DNA of 64,000 nucleotides, from contig QPGO01000104.1 of NCBI GenBank assembly GCA_008632985.1, positions 62,001 through 126,000 on the forward strand, given 5' to 3'. Below are positions 1 to 12,339 of this stretch, piece after piece (the stretch's first letter is position 1; each line of letters begins with the position of its first letter). The notes below the pieces were generated by a model, which made no database searches, had not been told where the DNA came from, and was given only the letters and a program-made list of their open reading frames with translations. Both the position numbers and the translations under genes were made by a program. Source of the DNA: Psammoneis japonica (lineage: Eukaryota).

Positions 1-990
1 TGCACAGACAAACATCGCCATTGCCAAAAAAACACAGCCAATGCAGAGCACAAGATTTGTCATGGCTTCCATGCTTGCTCTTTTGCAATGCTTTCAGGAG
101 ACACATGTTTTTGCCTTCTTTGCAAATTTGTTTTGCAGCTTGCTCCCACACACCACACTCAATGCTGTTGTCGTCAACACAGAAAAGTCTCTCCCCAAGG
201 GGCATTTGCACCATGTTTTGGCTGGCATGCTCCAACCCAAAAAGCCACTGCACAATGAACAGCAGCAGCTAGGCTGAGAATGACAAAGCAAGCTGGCCAA
301 CTTTTTTAAGCTGAAGCTCACAACCTGCAGCCACACGACGAATTGTGAGTGCAGCACACACAGCAGCATGCTGGTGCTTTCATCGACAGGAGCAAGAAAA
401 AACTGACAAGACAATGGCTTGAAGTCTTCAACAGCAAACACAATCAGAGCACATTGGCCAGAGCCAAAAGCTGCAACAGGGTGCCATCTCAGCAGACATG
501 ATTGTGAAAGAACGCAACTTGGCTGCTCCCATTGCAACATGCGCAGATCCACTGCAGCAGTTTTCTTTGGCTGCTGGTGTGTGATGATGGCATAAAGCCA
601 AGCAGCAATGCACAAAACAAGGCACTTTTTGTGACTGGATTGACTTGTTTCAGATCAACAGAAACTTTCAATTGAGCAAAATTTGGACATGGGACAACAG
701 AAAGGAGCACAGTGAGAGAAGAAGCTCAACTTTGCTTTGCACCCACCAACAACTTTTTCAGATGACTTTGCGGCTGCCCCCACCCTGTCTCCCACAACAT
801 GTAACTGAAGACAAAGAGCAAGCTGTCATCAAGGATTGCATTGGTGATTGGTTGATTGTTGGTTGAGGGACTCTGGGCAGAGCATGAGGCTCGTGTTTCT
901 CGCTTCCAAAATCATCCAAGAAACCTTGTCGAGGTTTTGAAGCATCGCACGGACCAAACATGGGTGCAAATCCGTGCGAAGCCGATTCTG
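1..990. other. TpA-depleted, TG/CA-rich island A (degenerate repeat/TE-derived DNA, left end outside window)
   Basis: Only about 4 TA dinucleotides by eye in ~990 bp (~270, 307, 593, 802). CpG is also scarce. Overlapping ORFs are Cys/His-rich and almost Tyr-free. Confidence 0.8.
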
Positions 991-1338
991 GCGTTATGAA
1001 TCTCGTTTGCATGTTTTGCAATGTATACTTGACACTACTTCCTGTCCGCATCATTTCGATGGTCGAACGTCTTCTCATCAACTTCGCAGCTTTGCCGATG
1101 ACTGCCCTAAAAACTTTCTACGTTTTTGGCCCGGATTGCTCCCCAGGATGCGGGTGTTACCATAGTGTAGTTAATTGTTATTCTACGAACGGTCGATTTG
1201 AAATGCAGCTTTTTCCGATGAACTTCCATGAGTCGGCTCTTTAGTCGCAGTTTAAAGCGATTTCTGAACTAGATCTGCATCCAAGAGAAATCAAAAGCTC
1301 TATATCACATTTCTATATAATCGAGTTGTTCTCATTGT

Positions 1339-2071
1339 TTAGAACAATCCAAAGAACTTCTTCTTATCGTCTCCTCCCTTCTTGAAATCATTGACATTGG
1401 GAGCCTTGTAGTTTTTGGAAAACTTGGGTGCGGCTCCCATGGCGGATTCCGGTCCTCGCTTGGCACGGCTGCCGCTCCAGTCAAGGCCTTCCCCAAAGCC
1501 CAGAACGGAAACGGATTGTTCCTTGCGGTAGCCGCCGGCGGCGTACGCCTTGTCGCTCGCCAACCATGTTTTCTTGTTGCGGGCATTCTTGACATCGGAA
1601 TTGTCCCAAGATCCTCCGCGTTGCATGTACTGTAGCATTTCAAGAGCATTGTAATACAATAATTGGTGTAAGAGACGTCTCGCGATTATAAAACGCAGAT
1701 TCATCGTTACATCCAATCAATCATATTCTTCTACTTACAGGAATATCTTCCTTTCGGATCTTTCCGGATTTCAGTTTTTCTTTGGCATTAAACATGGGCA
1801 TGAGATGCGTCGCTTCGCCTCGCTCCATGGCTTCTTGAAAGGATTGCATAGATCTTGACTTGAAACCTCTTGGTCCCAAACCACCCAAGTTTCCCGGTCG
1901 CAGACGCTTTCGTTCTTCTTCCTTGAATTTCTTGTAACTTTCGGGAGTAAAGCCATCGGGAACATATGCAAAGAGCGCCGTACTACTACGTGTTGGTGAC
2001 GACGACGATGCAGTAAACCCACTCGATACGCCAACAAGAGCAGCAAAAAGAGCAATGCAAACAGTCTTCAT
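1339..2071 (-). CDS. Plastid-targeted conserved hypothetical protein, 2 exons (2071-1739, 1629-1339)
   Basis: Signal peptide MKTVCIALFAALVGVSSG|F followed by a Ser/Thr-rich transit peptide. A GT-AG intron at 1738-1630 joins ...KEDIP|YMQRGGSWDNSD... in frame. Ends KKKFFGLF. Confidence 0.85.
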
Positions 2072-2612
2072 TTTCTCAAAAGATTTTGTTACGGCGCGTT
2101 TCAGAAAAAAGTGTCAAGAGTGATTGCGTTGCCCAAGAAGATGTGTCTTTTGCCAACTGCAACAAAGAACAACAGTTGTTGTGAGAATTTTGGGTCGGCA
2201 TCCCTAAATCGTGGCGACGTGTTGGTCGCTTGCGTCAGCAAAATGCCGATGGTTTGCCTGTCTTGCTGTGCAACACGTCAGTGTTCCCGTGACACTTTTC
2301 TTACCTAGCCATAATGGATGAGTGTGACGTATGCGTACTGGAGATGTACGTGCACGAAAAATTTATATACTTGTCTACGTGCACAGAGGGAAAGTAATGA
2401 TTGGGATCTTTTGGAAAAAACGCGGGAAAGATCATTCAATTCCTTCATGACTGCATTACATAATCCACCACCAAACAAATCTTTTCCGTTCCGCATGCAG
2501 TGGCACCACACAAATTCACTTTTTTTTTTGCAACTGCATTGCAAAACAAGAAAAGTTATAGGTAGAGGAGTCACACAATTCATTGACGTTGTAGTAGGAA
2601 AAAGCACTAAGT

Positions 2613-3707
2613 ATGGATAGTAGCAAGAGACTTAAAATCGGTGAAAGTGACGGCCCTCCACGAAAGGAAGAAGAACAAGAGCCTGATGGTTTCAATGTCC
2701 TGTTTGAAAACGAGGATTTGCTGTTGCAAGTCTTGTTGAGAACCGACGCGGAGGATCATGGGCCGCTTCGTTGTTCCTGCAAGACCTTTCAACGTGTTCT
2801 CAATTCCAGCGTCTTTCGACAAGAACGCTTGAAGAAAGAGTGGGCACAAGTGCATGTCCCTGGGCAGAAAATGGTTCTGGACGGGAACTGTATGGATGAT
2901 GGGTTTCCCGTGATGCATCACGAGGCCAGTATTTTTGTCGACGGAAAAGAGGCTGGATCAGCCAAGCTGGTCTACGTTAATCGGCGTGTTAAGGATGTCC
3001 TTCATGTTCCATTTTTGAATTATGTGGAAGACTGGTTCGAAGACGGAGACGATGATCTGCATTATGCGGCGAACCTGTTCTTTACCGATAGGGCTCGTCC
3101 CAAGTTGAATTCTCTTCGAAAGGCGACAAAGGGGAAAGATCACACCAAGAAAAAACTCTTGTTTATTAAAAGTTTGGATCTATCGGAAGAGTATCGTCGT
3201 CATACCTGGGTGGGAGCATGTGCGCTTGGATGCATGCGTGAGTTTGAATTTGGACGAGGTGACTTGATTATTGATTGGGGCATTGCCATGTACAGAGGTG
3301 ATCGTCGCCGACAGCTTGTCTCCGAGGACGACTTTCGTGATCAGGAACGGTGGGAGGCTCTTATGGAAAATGAAGGAGCTTTGTCTGAGGAGGAAGAAAA
3401 GGAAATGGCGGATTTGGGAGCCAAGCTCGAGGCTCTTGACGTGGCAGACTTGAGGCCGTTTTTACGCGCTGGCTTTGAGCAGCCGGACGAAGTGATTGCT
3501 CGCAGGAACCATTACTTTGTCTTTTGTACGATCGACAAGTTAGTGTGTGAGCCTTCCAGAATGATGACTGGTCAAGAGGCAGAGGCGCTTCCAATCCAGC
3601 CTCTAGTGCCTGGTCCAGAGCCCGAAGAGGATTGTGCCGACTTTAGGGAGGACGACGAGGCAAGCCACGACGAGAGCGATTGGTCGGACGCTTGCTTTGA
3701 TTATTAA
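2613..3707 (+). CDS. Hypothetical protein with N-terminal F-box-like motif
   Basis: 364-aa ORF. EDLLLQVLLRTDAEDHGPLRCSCKTFQRVL resembles the F-box pattern. Acidic C-terminus. Confidence 0.7.
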   Translation: MDSSKRLKIGESDGPPRKEEEQEPDGFNVLFENEDLLLQVLLRTDAEDHGPLRCSCKTFQRVLNSSVFRQERLKKEWAQVHVPGQKMVLDGNCMDDGFPVMHHEASIFVDGKEAGSAKLVYVNRRVKDVLHVPFLNYVEDWFEDGDDDLHYAANLFFTDRARPKLNSLRKATKGKDHTKKKLLFIKSLDLSEEYRRHTWVGACALGCMREFEFGRGDLIIDWGIAMYRGDRRRQLVSEDDFRDQERWEALMENEGALSEEEEKEMADLGAKLEALDVADLRPFLRAGFEQPDEVIARRNHYFVFCTIDKLVCEPSRMMTGQEAEALPIQPLVPGPEPEEDCADFREDDEASHDESDWSDACFDY

Positions 3708-4609
3708 AGAGAAACTGCTTCGGATGATTTCACTAAGGCTTTGCAGAGATGGGAGCATGTTCAGAATCCAGTGGATTTTGAAGACTTCTCCAAGGAAGAC
3801 CTGAACGAAATGGAATTGAATAGCACGGATGGCGAATCGCGTTTTCGGAAACGAGTAATGGTAATAGAATCACGTTCTTCATCACGGATGCCGCGGGCGA
3901 GACAGCCCTTGGACAGTATCGCTACAACTCGAGGGACACTATTTTTACCCGGTGAATCATGAATCGTTTCCTATCGAGGTTACGCCAACCGGAGCTGATG
4001 GCCTCAACTTTGCATCCTTATGTCTTGATACCTCGGGCTTTGATAATTCGTCTTCTAGTGATGATCCGGACAAGGATGTTTTATTGGGAAGACTGCAGCG
4101 ATTGCTGATGTAATCCCCTCTGTGGCATGAAGAGAGATTTTGAATTCTTTGAAGGTGTCATTGAAGATCTCTACCAATGCTACTTATCCGGACGAGGATG
4201 ATTCGGGCGGGTAAGCACTTCGACTTTCGGTGATATCTCTACGGTAGGATGAAAACGAAGTGGATGATTATGCGATCTCAAACTCGTGACTGACATTCCC
4301 ACCACGACTGAACCGATTGAACCACGACTGAAAATATTCAATGTTCGGCGACAGCAGGTTGGCGATGAGAAGCGGCAACTTCACACGAACAATCGAAGGC
4401 TATTTCATGTGTGCACATACGATGGTGACACCTTTCCTCATACTTAAAAAGTGTCACTCCCATTACGTGGTCGGAGTCCCGGTACGATAGAAATGCGAAC
4501 CCATCACTACGGAGTTGCGTAAAGAACATGCCGCAAAGAACAAAAACGCGAGTCTCACAAAAACAACAATAGCAACAAACGACCTAGCAACAAGAACAAC
4601 AACGACACC

Positions 4610-5530
4610 ATGCGCTTCAACATCTTAATGCTCATGCTTTTGCCCCTCGTGACGGTCGCCGACGATGAGGTGGTTCTAGGTGAAGGTACAATTTTCACGG
4701 GAGGCGAGTCTAACCACACTCATAGCGGTGCATGCCATTTGAAACTCCAGCGTGATGGCAACCTGATTGTCCGACGCCGTGGTCCCTTTTGGACCGTCCC
4801 AAACGACCCTGATCCCAGGGAGGACTCTATCAGTTGGACCAGTGGTCATCACCAAGTAGGAAGTTATCACGCGAGGCTTCAGAACGATGGAAACCTTCAA
4901 GTCATTTTCCACGGATCGGATGCTGAAGAAGTTGTCTTTTCAACTCATGTGTATCCCTTTCCTGAGAATGAGCCGGCTCCGAGTCATGATTTACTCTTTA
5001 CCGACAACTGCATTCTGAAAATTCAGAGAAAGTTTCCTGACGGGAGTAAGGACATCATTTGGCGAAACATCCACGGCTGGCTTGATAACTTTTCAGCCGA
5101 CGAGTATCCCGGACTGGACAATGTAATGCAAAAGGGCGAGTTTTTTTCGTATCCCAATCAAAACCACGGAACGGTATGTGGCACGGGAGCCAACTTTTGT
5201 ATGGAGGTACCCTTTTCGCTTCGACTCCAACAGGATTGCAACCTGGTGAGCTTTGTCGGACACGACTTTGGGGATGCGGCTGCCGTGGTGTGGTCGGCGG
5301 GTGTGGCGCGGCCCCAGTTTGACAATTGCTATCTCTTGGTGGACTCGAACGATGTAGCGCTTTATGAAGGTGATTTTGATCCAACGCTTCCGCCCAATTC
5401 GAACCGCCCCGGAAAGTATTGGAGTGTGCCACAGAGTTTTTTTGATGACGCTGGCGGGTTCCAACCGGGTACTTCTACGTACCAGATTCTCATCAACAAT
5501 GCAGGCCAGATGTATTTGGATTGGGATTAG
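4610..5530 (+). CDS. Secreted bulb-type (B-type/GNA) lectin-domain protein
   Basis: Signal peptide plus QxDxNL motifs LKLQRDGNLIV, ARLQNDGNLQV and LRLQQDCNLV. Close paralog at 7387. Confidence 0.85.
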   Translation: MRFNILMLMLLPLVTVADDEVVLGEGTIFTGGESNHTHSGACHLKLQRDGNLIVRRRGPFWTVPNDPDPREDSISWTSGHHQVGSYHARLQNDGNLQVIFHGSDAEEVVFSTHVYPFPENEPAPSHDLLFTDNCILKIQRKFPDGSKDIIWRNIHGWLDNFSADEYPGLDNVMQKGEFFSYPNQNHGTVCGTGANFCMEVPFSLRLQQDCNLVSFVGHDFGDAAAVVWSAGVARPQFDNCYLLVDSNDVALYEGDFDPTLPPNSNRPGKYWSVPQSFFDDAGGFQPGTSTYQILINNAGQMYLDWD

Positions 5531-7386
5531 GGAGGAATCAGAATGATGAGAGTAATTGTTCGGTTGACATTACGCGCTTGTATTATACGAAACAAAGTTG
5601 AATTGGGATATTGAGCCAAGAAGACGGAGAGTGAGCGACGCGGAGGATGTCAGCAATGCGAATGCGCCAGGAGGATGAGATATTGTGATACTTTCACCTT
5701 CAGCATTCCTCTACGTCTATGAATGATAGTAGCGTGATAAAAATAGGATGATGATTAGAAACAAAAGCATTCACGAGTAGCGATAAACCTTACGTACCTT
5801 CCTCGCCCTTCATCGTGTTGTGCGCCAAACGCCAAACAACCACACCGCGATGCGGCTCGCTGCTGCGTGGCGCGGACAGACAACATATCATATCTTTTTG
5901 TGATTGCGTTGCTTGCTTTCGCATCAGTTGTCAACGCTCACGTCTCACGTCTCACGTCACGATGGCTTTGACAACCTCAGCTCTGACAGCCCGATGCATG
6001 CCACCATATTGTACTCTATGCAATAGTCTTTCGATCAGTACGACTGTGGCAAGTTGGTGGCATTTGAACTTCAATCTGCACTATTGGGCTTGCGCAGAAG
6101 GGGCACGGGGCGCACTCTGAACTACAAATAATGTAATTGTACGAATAGCTTTCGACGTTGAAAACGGGAGCCATTTCTCCGAAGGATGGGAGAAGCAAAT
6201 GCAAGGTACTCAAAGGACGGATAGCATGCCCACAATCGAGTACGAGCCAAACCGGGTGCTTGAAAGGAGATGGCTTGCAAGTTTGAAGCTACAGAAATAA
6301 GCCTTTTTGCAAAGAACAAAAATCATTTTTGTTCATGTCGAGGAAGCGATATCTTGTGTGGATTGGGAGGGATGCAAATCTCACATGGCAACAAGGACAG
6401 CCCTGAAGTTTGTTTTCACTGCGTCTTTCTTTTCAGAGGACAAGGATGATTCGCGTTAGCAGATCTCACCTTTGTTTACCCCGGTGAATAGTTTTGCCTT
6501 TTTTCCGACGAATCCTAGAGGCTTAGTGAAGACTATTTGGCTCACCTACTTCGTACTCCTGCAACTCTCTCTAGAGAGAGGGAAGTTGAAAATTCTGGAA
6601 GGACGAGTGGATAGCGGAGCTGAGAAGGCCTTATTCAAATACACTTACAAAGGCGAGCTGCTGCAACTGAAGATGATGCGTGGCATGGAGCGGCAATAGG
6701 AGTAGGTCCCGACAAGTTGTCAAAACTTTACGAGAAGAGAATCGACGCCCGAGTGTCACTTTATTTCGCTTTCAGACAGGAACATTATCTTTTGATGTTC
6801 TTCGCCCAGCTGCGATGGTCCAACTTGAGCTACAGTATCTTATTGACATCAACGTGGTCTTGATTCCTTGACATTCAGATAGAGAGATGAATTGTAGTCA
6901 CAAGCAGCCGCCGCACGGACGAAACCATTGAGAAAGGCACCAAATGTCAAGTTTCTCAAGCACGACCGGGGCCGTCAACCGAGATGACCTCTCATCTAGC
7001 TCTCGCAGAGAGTAGCTAGGGAGTAGACGACGAAGAATTGGAATAGCGAATGTGGATTATCGTATGACGGAACAGTGGTGAATGAGACACCCGCAATGCT
7101 GTAAGACTGCGAAGATCATCTTCGCCCACGACTGCGGCTCCATGCGACCCACGACCCGCAACAATAACACCCACGATTGATTTTATAAAATCGGAAGCAT
7201 GATGACGAGTGGTCGTGCACAATAGCATTTCTCTCACCTTCATAGACTCAAAAATTGGTATTCGACAATCGCTCTATGAGTGGTTGTCAACATGGTGCCA
7301 CAGTACCGTCACGATCTTATGCGAACCTTCCATACTGTCTCATTGAATCAACAACAAAAAAACAACGAAACAAAGACAAGGACAAT

Positions 7387-10243
7387 ATGCGATTCTATCT
7401 CTTACTGCTTGTACTTTTGCCTCTTTTGGCTCTCGCCGATGAGGTCATTCTGAGGAAGGGTACAGTGTTGACGGGGGGTGAGTCTCTTCATACCAGTAAT
7501 GATTCCTGCCGCTTGAAGCTCCAGCGCGACGGCAACTTGATTGTTTATCGACACAGTCCTTTTGCGCCCTCCCCAGGCAACTCTGATGCCTTTGACGAGG
7601 TCATAAGTTGGACCAGTGGTCACCACCAAGTAGGAAGTTACTATGCGGAGCTTCAGGATGATGGGAATCTCCAAGTGATTCGAACGACGGGGTCAGGAGA
7701 TGAAGTGGTCTATTCGACACACGTCTATCCTTCCCCTTCAAATCAGCCAGCTCCTACTCATGAGCTATTGTTTACCGACAACTGCATTCTTCAAATAAAG
7801 AGAACCTTTTCTGACAAGATTTACGATATCATATGGGAGAATATCCATACTACGCTGGATAACTTTTCGGCAGAGAAGCGTCCCGGAAGGAACAACGTGT
7901 TGCAAAAGGGCGAGTTCTTTTCGTACCCAGCTAACAACCATGGGACTGTTTGCGGCACCGGAGCCAACTTTTGCATGGATGTGCCCTTCTCAATGCGACT
8001 TCAACACGACTGCAATCTTGTGACTCTTGTCGGACACGACTATGCAGATGCGGCAGCCATTGTGTGGTCGGCGCGTGTGCCTCGCCCCAGTTTTGACAAG
8101 TGTTATCTGCTGCTGGACGTGAACGACGTGGCACTTTACGAAGGAGATTTTGATCCTACTCTGGCGCCGAATTCGGACCGCTCTGGAAAGTACTGGAGCG
8201 TGCCGGAGAGTTTCTTTGACGAGTTGTCGACCGATGGATCCTCGAAGTACCAGATTCTCATAAACAATGAGGGCAAAATGCATCCTACAACTATGAGACC
8301 ACCCACTATTGCTCCCACCACTCCGCCTCCTATCACCATTGGTCCGACAACAGATTCGCCCACGCCAGCCTCAACATCTTACAGCGACTTTCTGAGCGGG
8401 CTGTTGGCAGAAAGAAGTCCTTGGTCTGTGGATGCTCTGAAAGAGCCCAGTTCGGCCCAAACCCAAGCTTTCGATTGGCTCTTGGCCGATGAAGTTACCA
8501 GTGATTTGGAAGAGCCTGATGAAAATTTGCATTCTTCAACGATTTGCCCTTGCAACGATCTTTTACGCCATGGAGGACGAAGATTTTATGGACGAAACGT
8601 GGCTGGAAGCGACAGACGAGTGCACTTGGAGCGGTGTCGATGCATGTGGCTCTGAGGGTGGGTTGAAGAATCTAACGATTGATCAAGATAACATTAAAGG
8701 CCTGCCGCCGGAACTCGGCCTATTGACGAACCTAGGTGCGATCAAATCTCGTTAAGGATTGCTTCTTTCCGCTTGTGCATTCGATCTAACATGATGTTTT
8801 CTTCTCGTCGAAAGTACACTTTCATGTGTCTTCGAATGTATACGACATCAACGTTGCACCACAAACCAATCTTTTGCCTTCAACGATAGGTCTGCTAACT
8901 GACATGAGTAAGTTATTATGTTTGGACCAAATCTCTTCCGGCTCAAATGAAAAACGAAAAACATTCACACGGTACTTGATTCCATGTCCTACTTTTTAGG
9001 GCGATTTGACGTGGGGTACTACGTGAATGGCGCGCCTCTAGAAGCGGGATACACTGGAGGACCAATACCCCCTGAGGTGGGCCAGCTGACGCGTCTAAAG
9101 GAGCTGCGTTTCGGTGGAGCGTTCACGGGCACGTTACCTCAACCGATTTGTTCCCTCGATGAATTAGAACAAGTCAAAGTCGACTGTGACGATTTCTTTT
9201 GTGGCGACTGCAGGTATTGCCCAAATTGTTTCGACTCTTATGAGATTTCCGTTGAGGCAATGTCGGTGGTCGATCTGGGACCTGATGGAGAATTTGACTT
9301 TCTCCGGGAACCTGGTGGTGAAAACAAGAATCAGTTTTATGTGAATAATAGGTTTCTCACGATGAATGACCGAGAAGAACGCGTTGTGTTAGAAAGCCAA
9401 AGATTGCCGCCAATACCGCTAGGCCATTCCCTAGCAAATGCCGGGTTCGCTGGATCCATTATTGGGCAGGGATACAGCGGCGAGACACCGGTGATCCAGG
9501 TCTTTGCCTATGCTGGAAACGGCATTGTTGAAGTTGACGACGTCGACGCGACAAATAATGAGCAGAACAGAATCGAGCTTCTAACACAGGACGGCGGCGT
9601 GTTCAATTTGGATATTAAAGAGTTCGTTCGAAACCTGTATGATCAAGGAGAGAAGTACTTGGGATTGGCCATGAGTCAGAAGAGCGTCGGAGCATACTCC
9701 AGGGTTGCAGACCTGGCTGTCACTCTAGGCATTCATGTGGACTGTGAGGCTGTCATTTGCTCTTGCTACGAGGCCGCCGTATGCAACTTGGAACTGCCTC
9801 CCAAACCAATGGACGCGCGTCATTATGTAATTTACTATGATGATGAAAGGTGCATAATGCTCAAAGACGGCAACACATCTGAGTGCAATCCTTTGGTCAT
9901 TGGAAACTGCAGTGATAGCATTCCTGGTTATCCCGCAGAAGCACTGTGGTGGAGAGACGAACACGGCTTCTGGCACCCATATCTAGACAGTAGCATGTGC
10001 ATGCAAGCTGGGTGTGGAGAAGAAAGTGTTGCGGAAGGATCTACAATTCATATTGCCAAGTGTGATATCAACAACAAGAGCCAATGGTTCGGGAAGTCTG
10101 TATGGTCCAGCGACAATCTCTCGATTGAGGAGAGGCCAGACCTCTGTGCCACTGGAAATAACGTAGGCGATGAAGTCGTTTTGGAAACTTGCAGCTCTGA
10201 CCATGACTCTTGGAATTTCAATACCGGTGCATCTCAAGACTGA
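7387..10243 (+). CDS. Secreted multidomain protein: bulb-type lectin, Pro/Thr linker, LRR cap/LRRs, ricin-B-like C-terminal region (introns ~8735-8814 and ~8908-8999; apparent frameshift ~8525)
   Basis: N-terminus is paralogous to 4610-5530. SSAQTQAFDWL...LQRFALATIFYA...W....DECTWSGV is the diatom LRR N-cap pattern. LRRs LPPELGLLTNL and IPPEVGQLTRL. C-terminal MCMQAG...IAKCDINNKSQWF...LETC...W is ricin-B-like. Confidence 0.7.
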
Positions 10244-11065
10244 TGGGATAGGACGATCTGCATATCTGGAGAGCAGCAGCTTTCCACAATTGCATACTAC
10301 TTTGACGCATCGCAAACCGCCCAAAACGCCTTACGAATCGATTCAATGACGGTGAATGGTCACGAGGGGGGAGACTTCCCAGTAAACACGACGAGCGCGA
10401 AGATCAATGACGGGGCGCGAGCCGACTGGGACCAAGTGAATGCAAATCACCATATCAACGAAGCGTCCGTAAGAATCCTCATCAGTTTTAAAGCGTCTAC
10501 ATAGTTGATGCCCCCCTCCACTAAAAATAGTGTGTAGGTCTAGCTACACAGTAGAAAACAGCAGGATCGTCTTCGTTGCTCGTCTTTTGCTTTGACTGTC
10601 CTTTGCATCGGCTATATTACCCTCCATTGCTTTACCCATGATTGCTCTGGCAAAATCGTATCCACCATAACTGGAAGTTCTTCTAGCAATTGCAGCGTCA
10701 ACGCATTTTCACCGGAGATGTCACTTCCACTCATCCCTAATGTGTCACCATATGGCCTTCAACGATTTTACTTCGAAGTACGTTCGAGGGGAGCTCCGCT
10801 GAGGCGTCAAGTTTTCTTTGATACAAATTCAACAAACTTTCTACAATTATGTTATGCTCGCACTAAACTAATGGCATGATTCTCGTCCAACACCGTAATC
10901 TTACTCTCCTGTGTAACATATTATATGCAACATTTAACTTTCCGTGTTCATCAAACAATTCTTGTTGTCTCCTAATTCTCTTTGTCGTCCCGTTCACCGG
11001 CTCTCGAGTCTTCGGAATACACAACTCAGAATCTCCCTCCGGGAACGGTAGTACTATCCGTCGTC

Positions 11066-11591
11066 CTAATGGATGCATGCGACACCATAGCGGTAATGAT
11101 AAACACGGTCACATTCATTACCACCAGCGTCGCCGTGAACTCTGTACTTCATGGTCACGCGAATCTGGCCGAAGCCCTCTTTTTTAAGTGCGTTGACCTT
11201 TCCTGTGATCCGGGAGTCTGTTCTACAAAATTGGTCAGGATCAAAATGAGGATGAGGGCGCGAGACTTTACTTTCAATGTCACACTTGCTCTTCGTCCTT
11301 TCCGAATCTCCAGTCTTGATGAAAGTTTCGCAGCACTCTTTCACTAATGCAACCGCACGGTCTTTTGCCTTCTTCCTTCCTTTCCTGCTGTATCTTCCCC
11401 CATACTTCCTGTTCCGTCGGCGTATTCAACAACGTGTTCTATGTCAGGAATCCATCCAATGAGGTCAGGACCACTCCAGAATTCACAGTGCTCGAACTCA
11501 AGCCAGCCTTAGCTTTTCGTACAACGTCAGCATCAACTGTGCTGCAAAGGCTGAGAGCCACCACAGCAAACATGGTTGCGAACAACATCAT
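11066..11591 (-). CDS. Secreted hypothetical protein (frameshift ~11445; may extend to ~10863)
   Basis: Signal peptide MMLFATMFAVVALSLCSTVDA. Coding-like frames continue into ORF 11066-11344. Confidence 0.5.
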
Positions 11592-11706
11592 TTTGTTTTT
11601 GGCGCTGATTTTCGTAGAGTAATGTGAGATGGTGCTTACCAAGATGCAATTTTTAGAATTTATGAGCACAATGAGTATTTCTCTTTAGCTTTCATTCATT
11701 CCTCTT

Positions 11707-11798
11707 GGCATCGCGGAAGATTGTTGTCGCGTTTTTCAGGCATCGAGGAAGATTGTCGCGTTTTTTAGGCATCGCGAAAGAAAATATCGCATTTAGCA
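11707..11798 (+). repeat. Three tandem ~30-bp CpG-rich units (ggcatcgcggaagattgtcgcgtttt...)
   Basis: Units start at 11707, 11739 and 11768. Confidence 0.8.
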
Positions 11799-12339
11799 GG
11801 CGAGTCTGACTCCGCACTCGATCCTTTCACTTCCGGCGCCCAGAGAAATCCACTCTGAGCACTTCTACCGACCGGCATGTTATGGTGCGCCCGAACGGAT
11901 GTCTGCTGCAACAGCGCAGCTCATTGCCTTGTGTGTTGTGTCATCGACATGAGGCCTTCCTCTCGATTGAAAGAACACAACATAGGACATCAAAATCAAT
12001 GATTTCCCGTCGTCTCCTGCGATCCCATTCCCGTTTCCCTCGCTTTTGCCATGCCAATCATGACAAGATTGAGATCCACATCCATTTAATCCCGCACATC
12101 CTTTGAGAAAATTCTGAGTCGCGAATCAAAACACACATGACATGATGATAAAAACTGACGACTCGCGATCCCGTCACTCGTGCGAAACTAATCCCGTTTG
12201 CCTATGTTGTGAAACTAACCACGACTGAGACCCATCCTTTAGACATGACTGCGCAATCACTGTGATGTCGCAATGAGCGTTCAGGCGTTTGACATGTCGC
12301 CGACGAACATCGAAGCCAGCTCAATGAAGAGTTTAAACA

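Noticed and set aside
3741..4260. Coding-like remnant downstream of the F-box-like gene
   Set aside because: Short broken frames with no motif I can identify.
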